Part shown: positions 157,480-168,328 of the stretch, piece after piece
Layout of the letters: each line of letters begins with the position of its first letter
How positions within the stretch are numbered: the stretch's first letter is position 1
NCBI RefSeq assembly: GCF_000737315.1
Contig: NZ_JMCB01000001.1
Span: forward strand, 20,001-268,000
DNA from: Hyalangium minutum
Lineage (GTDB): Bacteria > Myxococcota > Myxococcia > Myxococcales > Myxococcaceae
DNA: 248,000 nucleotides
Direction of reading: 5' to 3'
Notes under the pieces: generated by a model
What the model saw: only the letters and a program-made list of their open reading frames with translations
Told to the model about the DNA's origin: nothing
Databases searched by the model: none
Made by a program: the position numbers and the translations under genes

Positions 157480-158187
157480 TCAGGCGTAGATGCTGGGGCC
157501 CGTGCCGTGGCGCCAGAACTGCGGCTTGATATCGGGGATGCCCAGCTCGCGGCGAACATCGTCGATGGGACGCTCCCACATGTCCTCGAACTTCAGATCG
157601 CACATGAACCGGACGGTCTTGCCCAGCTTGAAGCCCAAGTCCCAGCCCGCCTGCAGCTCCTTGGCCCGATCCGGCTTGAGCAGCTTGTAGACGTGGAAGC
157701 CCGCCTTGAACAACGGGACGATCTCGGGCGGCAGGCTGCAGTTCTGCGCCTCGGCGAACGCCGTCACGCTGTACTCACCCGGCATGGTCGTTTCGAAGCC
157801 CAGCAGCAGGTGATACATGTCGTGCATGGCCGTGAAGCGCACGGCGAAGGTGTTGCGCTTGAACACCTCCTGCAGGTAGTGGTCGTCGTCGCTGATCTCG
157901 AAGGGGTTCAGCTTGTTGTCGTCGAGGAACCGCATGTACTCGCGGCCGAGCGTCCCGTCGGGCATCTGGCGCAGCGCACCCCGGTCCACCTTCGGCAGGT
158001 AGCCCCGCACTGCCTCCAGGCGCTTCTGGATCTCCGGGGGGCCGATGTAGTCCATGGCGTCCAGCTTGTAGATCTGGAAGTCACCAAAGCGGCTTGGATC
158101 ATTCGATGTCTGGAGCGCAAGCAAGAGCGACTTCGGCCGAATGGTCCGGCGCGGCAACAATGAACGATTCTCCAAGATCGACAGCAT
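157480..158187 (-). CDS. Coq4-like protein
   Basis: MPDGTLGREY..F; HDMYHLLLG..GE. Confidence 0.75.
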   Translation of the reverse strand: MLSILENRSLLPRRTIRPKSLLLALQTSNDPSRFGDFQIYKLDAMDYIGPPEIQKRLEAVRGYLPKVDRGALRQMPDGTLGREYMRFLDDNKLNPFEISDDDHYLQEVFKRNTFAVRFTAMHDMYHLLLGFETTMPGEYSVTAFAEAQNCSLPPEIVPLFKAGFHVYKLLKPDRAKELQAGWDLGFKLGKTVRFMCDLKFEDMWERPIDDVRRELGIPDIKPQFWRHGTGPSIYA

Positions 158188-158333
158188 GGCGACTCCTCAC
158201 TTTCACGTGAGCCCAGAGGGCAGCTTCCGCCCTGGGCTACGGACAATACAGAGTGTACAGATTAAACGGGATTTTGCATGACCTTGTCAAGAAAACGACG
158301 GGTGAGTGGCCTTTCGGGAAGCGGCAGGAGCCG

Positions 158334-159131
158334 TCAGGTGCCCTGCGCCCCCCCCGAAAGCGCTCGGATCAGCTCATCCGCATAGCGAGGCCCTTCCTGG
158401 AACAGGAAGAAGTGGCCGCCTGGGAAGACTCTAGCGGAGAACACCTGCTGCGTCTCCTCGCGCCAGGCCTCCAGGGCTGGCTCGGGGGTGTCGGGGTCAT
158501 CCTTCCCCCCCCAAGCGGTGAGGGGGCAGCCAAGGGGAGGCTCGGGGGTGTACCGGTAGCGCTCGAACATCGCGAAGTCGTTGCGAAGCACCGGGGTCAG
158601 CATTTCCATCATCTCTCGGTGGGCAAGCACCTCTGGAGGGCTGCCGCCGAGTTTGCGCACCTCCTCGCGGAAGGGCTCGTCGGGCAGCGCACTCAATGGA
158701 CGCGGAATGGGGCGAACCCGAGGGGCGGGAGAACCCGAGACGATCAGGTGCGCGGGCCCTGGAAGCTGGAGCTGCCGTAGCCGCCGCGCCAGTTCGAAGG
158801 CCACCAGCGCTCCGAGGCTGTGCCCGAAGAGCGCCAGCGGGACATCCATCAGCGGGCGCAGCGCGGGGAGCAGCGCGTCGATCAGCGCAGTGGCGGAGTC
158901 AATCCGCTTGTCGCCCCAGCGGCTCCCGCGGCCCGGAGCATCCACCGCGCACAGCTCGACGTGAGGGGGCATCCGGGCAGCCCAGCTGTTGAAGGTAGCG
159001 GCACCGCCCCCCGCGTGGGGGAAACACACCACGCGCAAGGAGGCTCGGGCTTGGGGCCGGCGGAAGGGAAACCACCGCTGTGGCTGGGACGCAGTGCTCA
159101 CGATGCAGGCTCCTGTTTCAGGCTCCTCCAT
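158334..159131 (-). CDS. type II thioesterase
   Basis: FPHAGGG, FGHSLG, PGGHFF. Confidence 0.88.
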   Translation of the reverse strand: MEEPETGACIVSTASQPQRWFPFRRPQARASLRVVCFPHAGGGAATFNSWAARMPPHVELCAVDAPGRGSRWGDKRIDSATALIDALLPALRPLMDVPLALFGHSLGALVAFELARRLRQLQLPGPAHLIVSGSPAPRVRPIPRPLSALPDEPFREEVRKLGGSPPEVLAHREMMEMLTPVLRNDFAMFERYRYTPEPPLGCPLTAWGGKDDPDTPEPALEAWREETQQVFSARVFPGGHFFLFQEGPRYADELIRALSGGAQGT

Positions 159132-159190
159132 ACCATTGGATTCGTGAGTCTGTAGCGGGCTGTCCGTCATCCTGCGCGGCGCCCTGTGGA

Positions 159191-159514
159191 TCAGCGGGAG
159201 TTCTTCAAGCTCCCCACCGTCAGCCCCGTCATCTGAGGTGCCACGCGGTTGATGCCATCCCCGGAGGAGCGCGCCAGCGTCTGCGCGGGAGCTCCCGCAC
159301 GGGCCGGTGCTGTGCCCTTGCCGCCTGGAGAGCCCCGGAGCAGCTCGCGGACCCGGTTCCAGCGGGCCTTCTCGTCGGCCAGCAGGCGGGCCAGTTCGTC
159401 GCGCGCCGCCGGGTCCTGGAGCCCACTGGCCGCCGCCGCCACCTTGTCGAGGAACGGCATCAGGTAGCCAAAGTCCCTGTCGAACGCGTCCGGATTCGCC
159501 ACATGCACCTCCAC
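159191..159514 (-). CDS. small hypothetical protein
   Basis: coding bias; follows 159568..161061. Confidence 0.5.
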   Translation of the reverse strand: MEVHVANPDAFDRDFGYLMPFLDKVAAAASGLQDPAARDELARLLADEKARWNRVRELLRGSPGGKGTAPARAGAPAQTLARSSGDGINRVAPQMTGLTVGSLKNSR

Positions 159515-159567
159515 CGGGAAAACGGCGCCACCCTACCCCATTGCCGCGCGCGCGCCCAAGCGAAGCC

Positions 159568-161061
159568 TCAGCCGTTGTCATCCAGCTCACCCGGGATGGC
159601 CACCCCCTCCGGGTTGTAGACAGTGTGCGGCCCCACCTCCTTGAGGAGAGCCTTCATCCAGTCGGGGATGGTACCGATGGTCGCGGGAGCCAGGGCCCTG
159701 CGCACATAGGTCCAGTCGGTCCGCCCGTTGTCGAGCGAGCTCACCACCAGCAGGGGCTCTCCCACGGAGACAGGACCGAGGTCTACCAGGCGCTTGGCTC
159801 GCGGGGTTTCCTCCTGCATCAACACCTTCGCCAGGTCTCCCCGAGGGCTGTAGAACACCCACCACGCCACGGTCCGGAAGGTCTTCGCCTCTTGCTCGGG
159901 GGTGCCTGGAGTCTCCGGCGGATTCCAGTCTGGGAGCGAGCGCAGCGCGTACTGACACCGAGCAATGGTGTAGTTGGCCGTCTCTTCGGCGCCCCACATC
160001 CGCAGCAGGCGGCTCATGAAGACGAGGCCCTCGGGCACTTCCAGATCCTTCTCTTCGATGCGCACCTTCTTCTTGGTCTTGGCGGAGAATGGCAGCTTGG
160101 CCACGAAGAGCCGCGCCAGGCCATACGGGCGCGTCTTCTTCATCCGATCGATCCCCGATTGGAGCTGCGCATCGGACCGGGCTGCGGGAGTCCCCAGACC
160201 TCCGTACCGGCCTCCTATTTTCGGATCCGTCTTGGAGCCGGGGATGAAGCTGCGCACCAGCAACGAGCCTTCATTGTCGTAGTTGCCGCTGTAGTCCCAC
160301 TTGGGAGCGCAGGAAGGCGCGGGCCTCGGAGCATCCTGGGCTGCCCCGGTGTCGAAGAGCTGTGCCTGCTTCTTCCCGTCGGTATCCACGCGCAGGATGC
160401 TCACCACGTGGGAGCCCTTCTGCTTGGTGCCGTCCGGATCGCGCCCCACCCAGCTGTAGCAAGAGCCCTGCTGGAGCGGGTGCGAGGCCTTCATGGCATC
160501 CGCGAACCTCAGGGGGCCGCCTTTGTCCCAGTGGCCACCCTCGGACGTGAAGACCTTGAGCCCGTCATTGCCGTCGCAGTCGATGCCGACGCCGTTGACG
160601 TAGGACATGCCATAGCCACGGGACAGCACCGTGTACGACACCAGCATCTGGCACGCGCAGCAGACAGCGACGAAGGGCTGCGCGCCCTCGCTGAAGCTCT
160701 TGTAGATGTCCTGGATGGGAACGGCGTTGCCCGTCTCGACGTCCGGACCGTCATAAGCGGTGCCCAGCAGCAGCTCGCTGATGCCCCGGGCCCACTGCTC
160801 CTCGAGCAGCGGCCGCCCCGACTTGAGGATCTTCAGCTGCATCGGGTGGGCGTCTGGATCGTAGATGTTCCACTGCTTGTTCCACAGGTTCCAGTACTCC
160901 CCCGCACACCACAGCCCATCCAAGGGGAGGTTCATCCGGAAGGCGATCATCTTCAGCACTTCCGCCGCCCCTTGATCACGTGGCTTGGGGATCTTGTCGA
161001 CGTTGATGAGTTCGACGAGGCGGGGGAAGCCCTTGCGCTCGGGGGCTGCGGTGGATGCCAT
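159568..161061 (-). CDS. hypothetical protein (possible effector)
   Basis: last large gene of a 4-gene co-oriented cassette. Confidence 0.6.
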   Translation of the reverse strand: MASTAAPERKGFPRLVELINVDKIPKPRDQGAAEVLKMIAFRMNLPLDGLWCAGEYWNLWNKQWNIYDPDAHPMQLKILKSGRPLLEEQWARGISELLLGTAYDGPDVETGNAVPIQDIYKSFSEGAQPFVAVCCACQMLVSYTVLSRGYGMSYVNGVGIDCDGNDGLKVFTSEGGHWDKGGPLRFADAMKASHPLQQGSCYSWVGRDPDGTKQKGSHVVSILRVDTDGKKQAQLFDTGAAQDAPRPAPSCAPKWDYSGNYDNEGSLLVRSFIPGSKTDPKIGGRYGGLGTPAARSDAQLQSGIDRMKKTRPYGLARLFVAKLPFSAKTKKKVRIEEKDLEVPEGLVFMSRLLRMWGAEETANYTIARCQYALRSLPDWNPPETPGTPEQEAKTFRTVAWWVFYSPRGDLAKVLMQEETPRAKRLVDLGPVSVGEPLLVVSSLDNGRTDWTYVRRALAPATIGTIPDWMKALLKEVGPHTVYNPEGVAIPGELDDNG

Positions 161062-161065
161062 GTGC

Positions 161066-162580
161066 CTATGCCTCCTGGGCCTCGAGCCCCTCGCGGTGCA
161101 CGCGATCGACGGCCTGCGCGAACGGCTCGCCCTCCGCTTCGGGATGATCCGCCAGGAAGTGCTGCCGGTTCTCCTCGGGGTCTTTCGAGGTGTAACCCAG
161201 GTTGTGCAGCTGGCGCTCCGTGTCGGGCGTCTCCTGCTCCTCGGTGCCCAGGTAGATCACCCGCGAGTAGAGGTAGCGAGGCTCCTCCGTCCCCGGCGCG
161301 CTGGCCTTGCCCTGGACGTGCTCGGAGGTGGGGTAAGCGCCCCACTCGAGCTCGCAGGCGCCCCCCGCGTAGACGTTCTGCTCGATCAGAAGCCCTTCGG
161401 CCGAGGCCCGGCCCTCGCGCACCTGCGAGCCCACCGTCAGACGGTAGGGCGCTCCAGACTCCCGCTCCACCGGGTCGTCGCTCTCGGGGTTGGCCCCCAT
161501 GCGCCGGCCGTGGTGATCCATGAGGTACAGCGACACCGTCTCCCGCACGCCCTCGCACGGCGAGCCCCGCGCCAGCCGGTCATAGAAGGCACACGCGAAG
161601 GTCCTCCCGCCCGTCAGGTGCTCGCGCTGCGCTCCCCGCGGGTTGCGGCGCGCCTCTCCATCCGGCCAGAACTTCGCCTTGCAGCCCGCGGGGCCCTCGC
161701 TGACGGTGGGACAGGGCCACTGCTCCGGGGTGATGTTCAGCGCGGGGTCGAACATGTAGATGACCACGCGCCGGTTGGGCATGTTCGCCGCGTCGCGCTC
161801 GGCCTTGCGCGCGGGCTTCTGGTATTCGGCGGCGGCCTGCTCCGAGAAGACGCGCACGGGGTTGAACTCGCCGCAGCCCTGGTAGGCACACTTGCCTCCG
161901 GCGCTGGGGCCTCGCGAGAGGAAGTCCTCCGGCACGTACTGGAAGGGGACACCCTGCTCGTCCACGCAGAGCGCGTCCATGTACGCGAGGAAGAGCTTGG
162001 CGCGCGTGCCTCCGTCCGGGAACCCCGTCCCGGGCAGGCCGTTGTCTTGCTGGAAGGCCTTCACGGCCTTCGTCGTGGGATTGTCCAGGTAGCCCGTGGG
162101 CGCCGCCTGCAGGTAACCCAGCTGCGTCAACATCATCTGGATCTGCCGGGTGCCCCACTTGTCCCCTCCGTGCGGGGAGCTGTAGAGCTTCTCCCAGAGC
162201 GCCACGTCACGGGTGAGCAGGCCGTAGACGGAAGTGGCCCGGCGGCCGGCCAGCACTTTGTTGTACTCGTCCTGGCCCGAGGGGTCGGCGTGGCCGAACA
162301 CGCTCAGCAGCAGCGCCTTGCCTGTGTCGTCCGGGCCAGGCGGGCGCTGGCGGGCCAGCAGCTGGAACTCGTGCGTGCCGGCAGGCAACAGGAACGACGA
162401 GTCAAAGTCGAACCGCAGATCATCGATGCGCCAGCACGCCGAGGGGCGGAGCCGGGGCCGGAGCGTGCTGTACGCCTCCTTGTCCGTGGGCGCCACCACG
162501 TAGGGAATGGGGGCCTCGCCGTGCTTGGCGGCGGTGCCCCCATCCGAGATCAGCGCGCCTTCCATCAAGTTCCTGGCCAT
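161066..162580 (-). CDS. OmpA-like domain protein with inserted peptidoglycan-binding domain
   Basis: FGHADPSG..YNKVLAGRRA.SV; TTKAVKAFQQDNGL. Confidence 0.65.
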   Translation of the reverse strand: MARNLMEGALISDGGTAAKHGEAPIPYVVAPTDKEAYSTLRPRLRPSACWRIDDLRFDFDSSFLLPAGTHEFQLLARQRPPGPDDTGKALLLSVFGHADPSGQDEYNKVLAGRRATSVYGLLTRDVALWEKLYSSPHGGDKWGTRQIQMMLTQLGYLQAAPTGYLDNPTTKAVKAFQQDNGLPGTGFPDGGTRAKLFLAYMDALCVDEQGVPFQYVPEDFLSRGPSAGGKCAYQGCGEFNPVRVFSEQAAAEYQKPARKAERDAANMPNRRVVIYMFDPALNITPEQWPCPTVSEGPAGCKAKFWPDGEARRNPRGAQREHLTGGRTFACAFYDRLARGSPCEGVRETVSLYLMDHHGRRMGANPESDDPVERESGAPYRLTVGSQVREGRASAEGLLIEQNVYAGGACELEWGAYPTSEHVQGKASAPGTEEPRYLYSRVIYLGTEEQETPDTERQLHNLGYTSKDPEENRQHFLADHPEAEGEPFAQAVDRVHREGLEAQEA

Positions 162581-162595
162581 GGTGAGTCCTCGCGG

Positions 162596-163231
162596 CTAGG
162601 AGCCGTGCTCCGTGGCGAGCTGCTCCGCGATCCCCGAGTCCAGCGCCCCTGTGACATCCAGGCCGTTCTCGTGCTGGAACAACTCGAGCGCGAAGCGGGT
162701 CCACTCCATCGTGTCCGGGTTCAGGTACCGGGGATCGTCCGCCGGATAGCCGAGGTTGCTGAGCCGCCCCGCCAGCCCCGTGGGCTCCGGCAGCGGATCC
162801 AGGCCGCCAATGGCCAGATCGAACACCAGATCCCCCACCTCCAGCGTGCCGCTCGTCGCGGTCTTGTCCACCGAGGCCTGAACGTAGCCATCCCCGTCCG
162901 TCGTCAGCTCCTCGGAGTAATGCCCCACCTTCAGCACGCACGGTGCATCGGGGATGGGCTCGCCGCGCAGGTCCAGCACCCGCAGGCGCAGCTGGAGCTT
163001 TCCGGTGTGCACGGTGAGCTTGTGCTTCTTCCCGGTTGCCAGCGTGAAGCGCGCGGGCGGGAGCTCGGGGATCCACACCTCGTCATCGGGCAGCAGCATC
163101 AGCGGGCTCGCGCGGCTCTGCCGGAGCTGCGCGTTCTGGGAGTCGTTCCAGATCGTCTCGAAGTTCTCGAAGCCATACGCCGAGGCGATGCTCGCCAGAT
163201 GCTCGCCCTGTTTGACCTTATGGATGGGCAT
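162596..163231 (-). CDS. LysM-like and peptidoglycan-binding protein
   Basis: HKVKQGEHLASIA..YGF; ALELFQHENGL. Confidence 0.65.
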   Translation of the reverse strand: MPIHKVKQGEHLASIASAYGFENFETIWNDSQNAQLRQSRASPLMLLPDDEVWIPELPPARFTLATGKKHKLTVHTGKLQLRLRVLDLRGEPIPDAPCVLKVGHYSEELTTDGDGYVQASVDKTATSGTLEVGDLVFDLAIGGLDPLPEPTGLAGRLSNLGYPADDPRYLNPDTMEWTRFALELFQHENGLDVTGALDSGIAEQLATEHGS

Positions 163232-163261
163232 GGCGCTCCCTCGGGCCCGGGCCGTGCGATG

Positions 163262-163945
163262 TCATGCCGTCGCGCCTTCCTGAGTGACTGGCCCCTCCGC
163301 CATGGCAGGGAGGCTGCCGGGGAGCGAGGGCTGGTATTTGAAGTCTGCGTCGTAAAGGTCCGGGAACTCGACGTCACACGGCCCCGGGGCGAGCGGCTCG
163401 ATCCGCGCGAACCCGGCGGAGTTCGTCATCCCCTCGCGCACCACGTTGCCCTTCTGGAGAATCCGGAAGCTCCGGTTCGCCACGGGCTCGCCGTCCTGGT
163501 TGACCAACTCCAGCTCGATCCAGGCGCCCTTGTCCGCGGGCTTCTCTTTCTCTGGGGGAGGCTCCCACTTGGGGGCGGGCTCCGGAGCCTCCAGTGTCGA
163601 CAGCCCCTGAATGTGAGGACGCGCCTCCAGCACCAGCCGCCCGGCGAGCAGCGCCGCCTCCAGATCCTGGCCAAGCGCCTGAGCCTCCAAGGGCCCCACG
163701 CGCCGGGAAGTCCCCCGAAAGGCCGGGCCCCTCAGCTCCGCATGGAGCGCGAAGGCCGCTTCCACCGCCCGGGGCGACAGGCTCTCGAGCTCCGCCCGGG
163801 CGAAGGCCCATACCTGCCACGCGCGCTCCTGCTCCTCAGGAGACAGGGACTGCCGCTCCCCCTGCGCTCGGAGACGGAACTCCCCAAGAGGCGTTCTGAG
163901 CACCCAGGACGAGCTAAACATGCAGGGGAACGCTAGCCCGCCCAC
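163262..163945 (-). CDS. hypothetical protein with C-terminal prealbumin-like fold
   Basis: WIELELVNQDGEPVAN..EG.T..G.ARIE. Confidence 0.5.
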   Translation of the reverse strand: MGGLAFPCMFSSSWVLRTPLGEFRLRAQGERQSLSPEEQERAWQVWAFARAELESLSPRAVEAAFALHAELRGPAFRGTSRRVGPLEAQALGQDLEAALLAGRLVLEARPHIQGLSTLEAPEPAPKWEPPPEKEKPADKGAWIELELVNQDGEPVANRSFRILQKGNVVREGMTNSAGFARIEPLAPGPCDVEFPDLYDADFKYQPSLPGSLPAMAEGPVTQEGATA

Positions 163946-163996
163946 TCACGCTGGGACAACCCATCCGCCCTCCCCCACGCTCCCCGTCCTGCCCAC

Positions 163997-164359
163997 CTAC
164001 CCGTGGTAGACGCGCGAGGCGACGATCTTCCCGCCCTTCACCTCCAGCACCTCGGCCACCGGCATGTCCGGGTCGCCGGGCGCGTGGCGCAGGTACTCCA
164101 TGAAGACGCGCTCCCCGTCAGCCGTCAGGGCCGTCTCCTCGTACTTCAGGCCCGGCAGCCGGGCGATCGCCTCCCGCCACCACTTCGCCAGCGCCTGCTT
164201 GCCCACCAGCTTGCCGCCCGTCTCCGGGTGCAACACCCGGATCTTCGGAGAGGTATGGGTGCAGTCCTCGGCGTAGAGCGCCACCAGCGCCTCCACGTCA
164301 TGGGCGTTGAAGGCCTTCAGCCACGCCCGGGCCAAGGAGAAGTTTTCGCTCGCGCTCAT
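163997..164359 (-). CDS. SnoaL/NTF2-like protein
   Basis: AFNAHDVEAL..LYAED; GKIVASRVY. Confidence 0.8.
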   Translation of the reverse strand: MSASENFSLARAWLKAFNAHDVEALVALYAEDCTHTSPKIRVLHPETGGKLVGKQALAKWWREAIARLPGLKYEETALTADGERVFMEYLRHAPGDPDMPVAEVLEVKGGKIVASRVYHG

Positions 164360-164572
164360 GGTTCTATCCCTCGGAAAAAGCCTGGCCGGTCCCTGCGCTG
164401 CGCCGGAAAGGCCTCCCCTATATAAGGTGTACGGCTTGATCGGTAGGCGGGGGTGGGTGCACGTAAGCCCCCACCAGCATGCGGATTTGGCTGGAAAGTT
164501 CAACCTGTGGGAAGTAGAGGCCCCGCCTGCCCTGTTCCCCCAGGCATTTTTCAAGAGAAGAAGGACCGGATC

Positions 164573-166687
<2,115 letters not shown>

Positions 166688-166722
166688 TCCGCGGTCCGCC
166701 GCACAACACTTGAAGTCCAGGG

Positions 166723-166760
166723 AGGGCGCCTCTCGGGTGGAGGCGCCCTCTCCCTTTTTC
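166723..166760 (+). terminator. intrinsic terminator after fusA
   Basis: GAGGGCGCCTC..GAGGCGCCCTC stem then CCTTTTT. Confidence 0.7.
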
Positions 166761-166807
166761 AGGCCTCGCTACGAAGCGAGCGCCAGGCACCCGACCTACG
166801 GGAAATC

Positions 166808-168313
166808 ATGACTTTTGACGAACTGAAGCTCGCTGAACCCCTGCTGCGCGCCGTGAAGGCCGAGGGCTACACCACTCCCACTCCCATCCAGACCCAGGCC
166901 ATTCCTCCGGCGCTCGCCGGCCGCGACGTGCTGGGCTGCGCACAGACGGGCACGGGCAAGACGGCGGCGTTCGCGCTGCCCATCCTCCACCGGCTCTCCG
167001 AGGGCCGCCCCGCTCCGGCCGCGCACGGGCGCCCCATCCGCGCGCTCATCCTCACCCCCACTCGCGAGCTGGCCAGCCAGATCGTCGAGAGCTTCCAGGC
167101 CTACGGGAAGTTCACCTCGCTCACGTGGGCGGTGATCTTTGGCGGCGTGGGGCAGAACGCGCAGGAGCAGGCGCTGCGGCGCGGCGTGGACGTGCTGGTG
167201 GCGACGCCCGGGCGGCTGTTGGACCTGATGAGCCAGAAGCTCGTCTCGTACAAGGCGCTCGAGGTGTTCGTGCTGGACGAGGCCGACCGCATGCTGGACA
167301 TGGGCTTCATCCATGACGTGAAGAAGGTCATCGCGGCGATCCCTGCGAAGCGGCAGACGCTGTTCTTCTCCGCGACGATGCCGCCGGAGATCCAGGCGCT
167401 GAGCAAGGGCATCCTGAAGGATCCGGCGAAGGTGGAGGTGGTGCCGCAATCCACCACGGCGGAGAAGGTGGAGCAGCGGCTGTACTTCGTGGAGCGCGAG
167501 CAGAAGCGCCACCTGCTGGTGCACCTGCTGGGCGACACGAGCATCCGCCGGGCGCTGGTGTTCACGCGGACGAAGCACGGCGCCAACCGGGTGACGCGGC
167601 AACTGGAGGCGGCGCGCATCACCGCCGAGGCCATTCACGGCAACAAGAGCCAGAACGCGCGCGAGCGGGCGCTGGACTCGTTCAAGGACGGCAGCTGCCG
167701 GGTGCTGGTGGCCACGGACATCGCGGCGCGCGGCATCGACATCGAGGGGATTACCCACGTCATCAACTTCGATTTGCCGAACATCCCCGAGTCCTACGTG
167801 CACCGCATTGGCCGCACGGGCCGCGCGGGCGCGGCGGGCACGGCGCTGTCCTTCTGCGACACGGAGGAGCGCGCGTACCTGAAGGACATCGAGCGCACCA
167901 TCCGGCGGCACGTGCCGGTGGTGGCGGACCACCCGTTCCGCTCGGGCTCCGGGGCGCCGACGCCCTCGGTGCTGGGGGCGGCGCAGGGACAGTCCGCGCA
168001 GGGCGGACAGCGGTCCGAGGGTGGACAGCGGCACGGCGGCGGGCAGCGCCCTCAGGGCGGCAGCCAGCGGCGCGGCGGTGGCGGCCAGCGGCACGGCGAG
168101 TCGCGGCGGGACGGAGCCGAGGCCCACGGTCCTCGGGGGGACGGGCAGCGGCGCCGGCGCGGTGGGCGCGGGCGTCCGGGCGGCCAGGGTGGCGAGGCCC
168201 GGCAGTCGCAGGGGCAGCACCGGGGCACGGACGGACGGGGTGCTCCCTCGGCGGCTCCGGCTTCGGCGGCGCCTCGGCCTCCTCCGGCGCGCACCTCTCC
168301 GAAGTGGCTCTGA
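166808..168313 (+). CDS. DEAD-box RNA helicase (RhlE-like)
   Basis: [20 protein letters not shown]; Gly/Arg-rich tail. Confidence 0.92.
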   Translation: MTFDELKLAEPLLRAVKAEGYTTPTPIQTQAIPPALAGRDVLGCAQTGTGKTAAFALPILHRLSEGRPAPAAHGRPIRALILTPTRELASQIVESFQAYGKFTSLTWAVIFGGVGQNAQEQALRRGVDVLVATPGRLLDLMSQKLVSYKALEVFVLDEADRMLDMGFIHDVKKVIAAIPAKRQTLFFSATMPPEIQALSKGILKDPAKVEVVPQSTTAEKVEQRLYFVEREQKRHLLVHLLGDTSIRRALVFTRTKHGANRVTRQLEAARITAEAIHGNKSQNARERALDSFKDGSCRVLVATDIAARGIDIEGITHVINFDLPNIPESYVHRIGRTGRAGAAGTALSFCDTEERAYLKDIERTIRRHVPVVADHPFRSGSGAPTPSVLGAAQGQSAQGGQRSEGGQRHGGGQRPQGGSQRRGGGGQRHGESRRDGAEAHGPRGDGQRRRRGGRGRPGGQGGEARQSQGQHRGTDGRGAPSAAPASAAPRPPPARTSPKWL

Positions 168314-168328
168314 GGTAAAGAGAGCCCC

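Noticed and set aside
88710-159131. Assigning the cluster to a named compound (tartrolon or hyaboron)
   Set aside because: The module count does not clearly match tartrolon and I cannot compare against a reference cluster; reported only as a structural-class prediction
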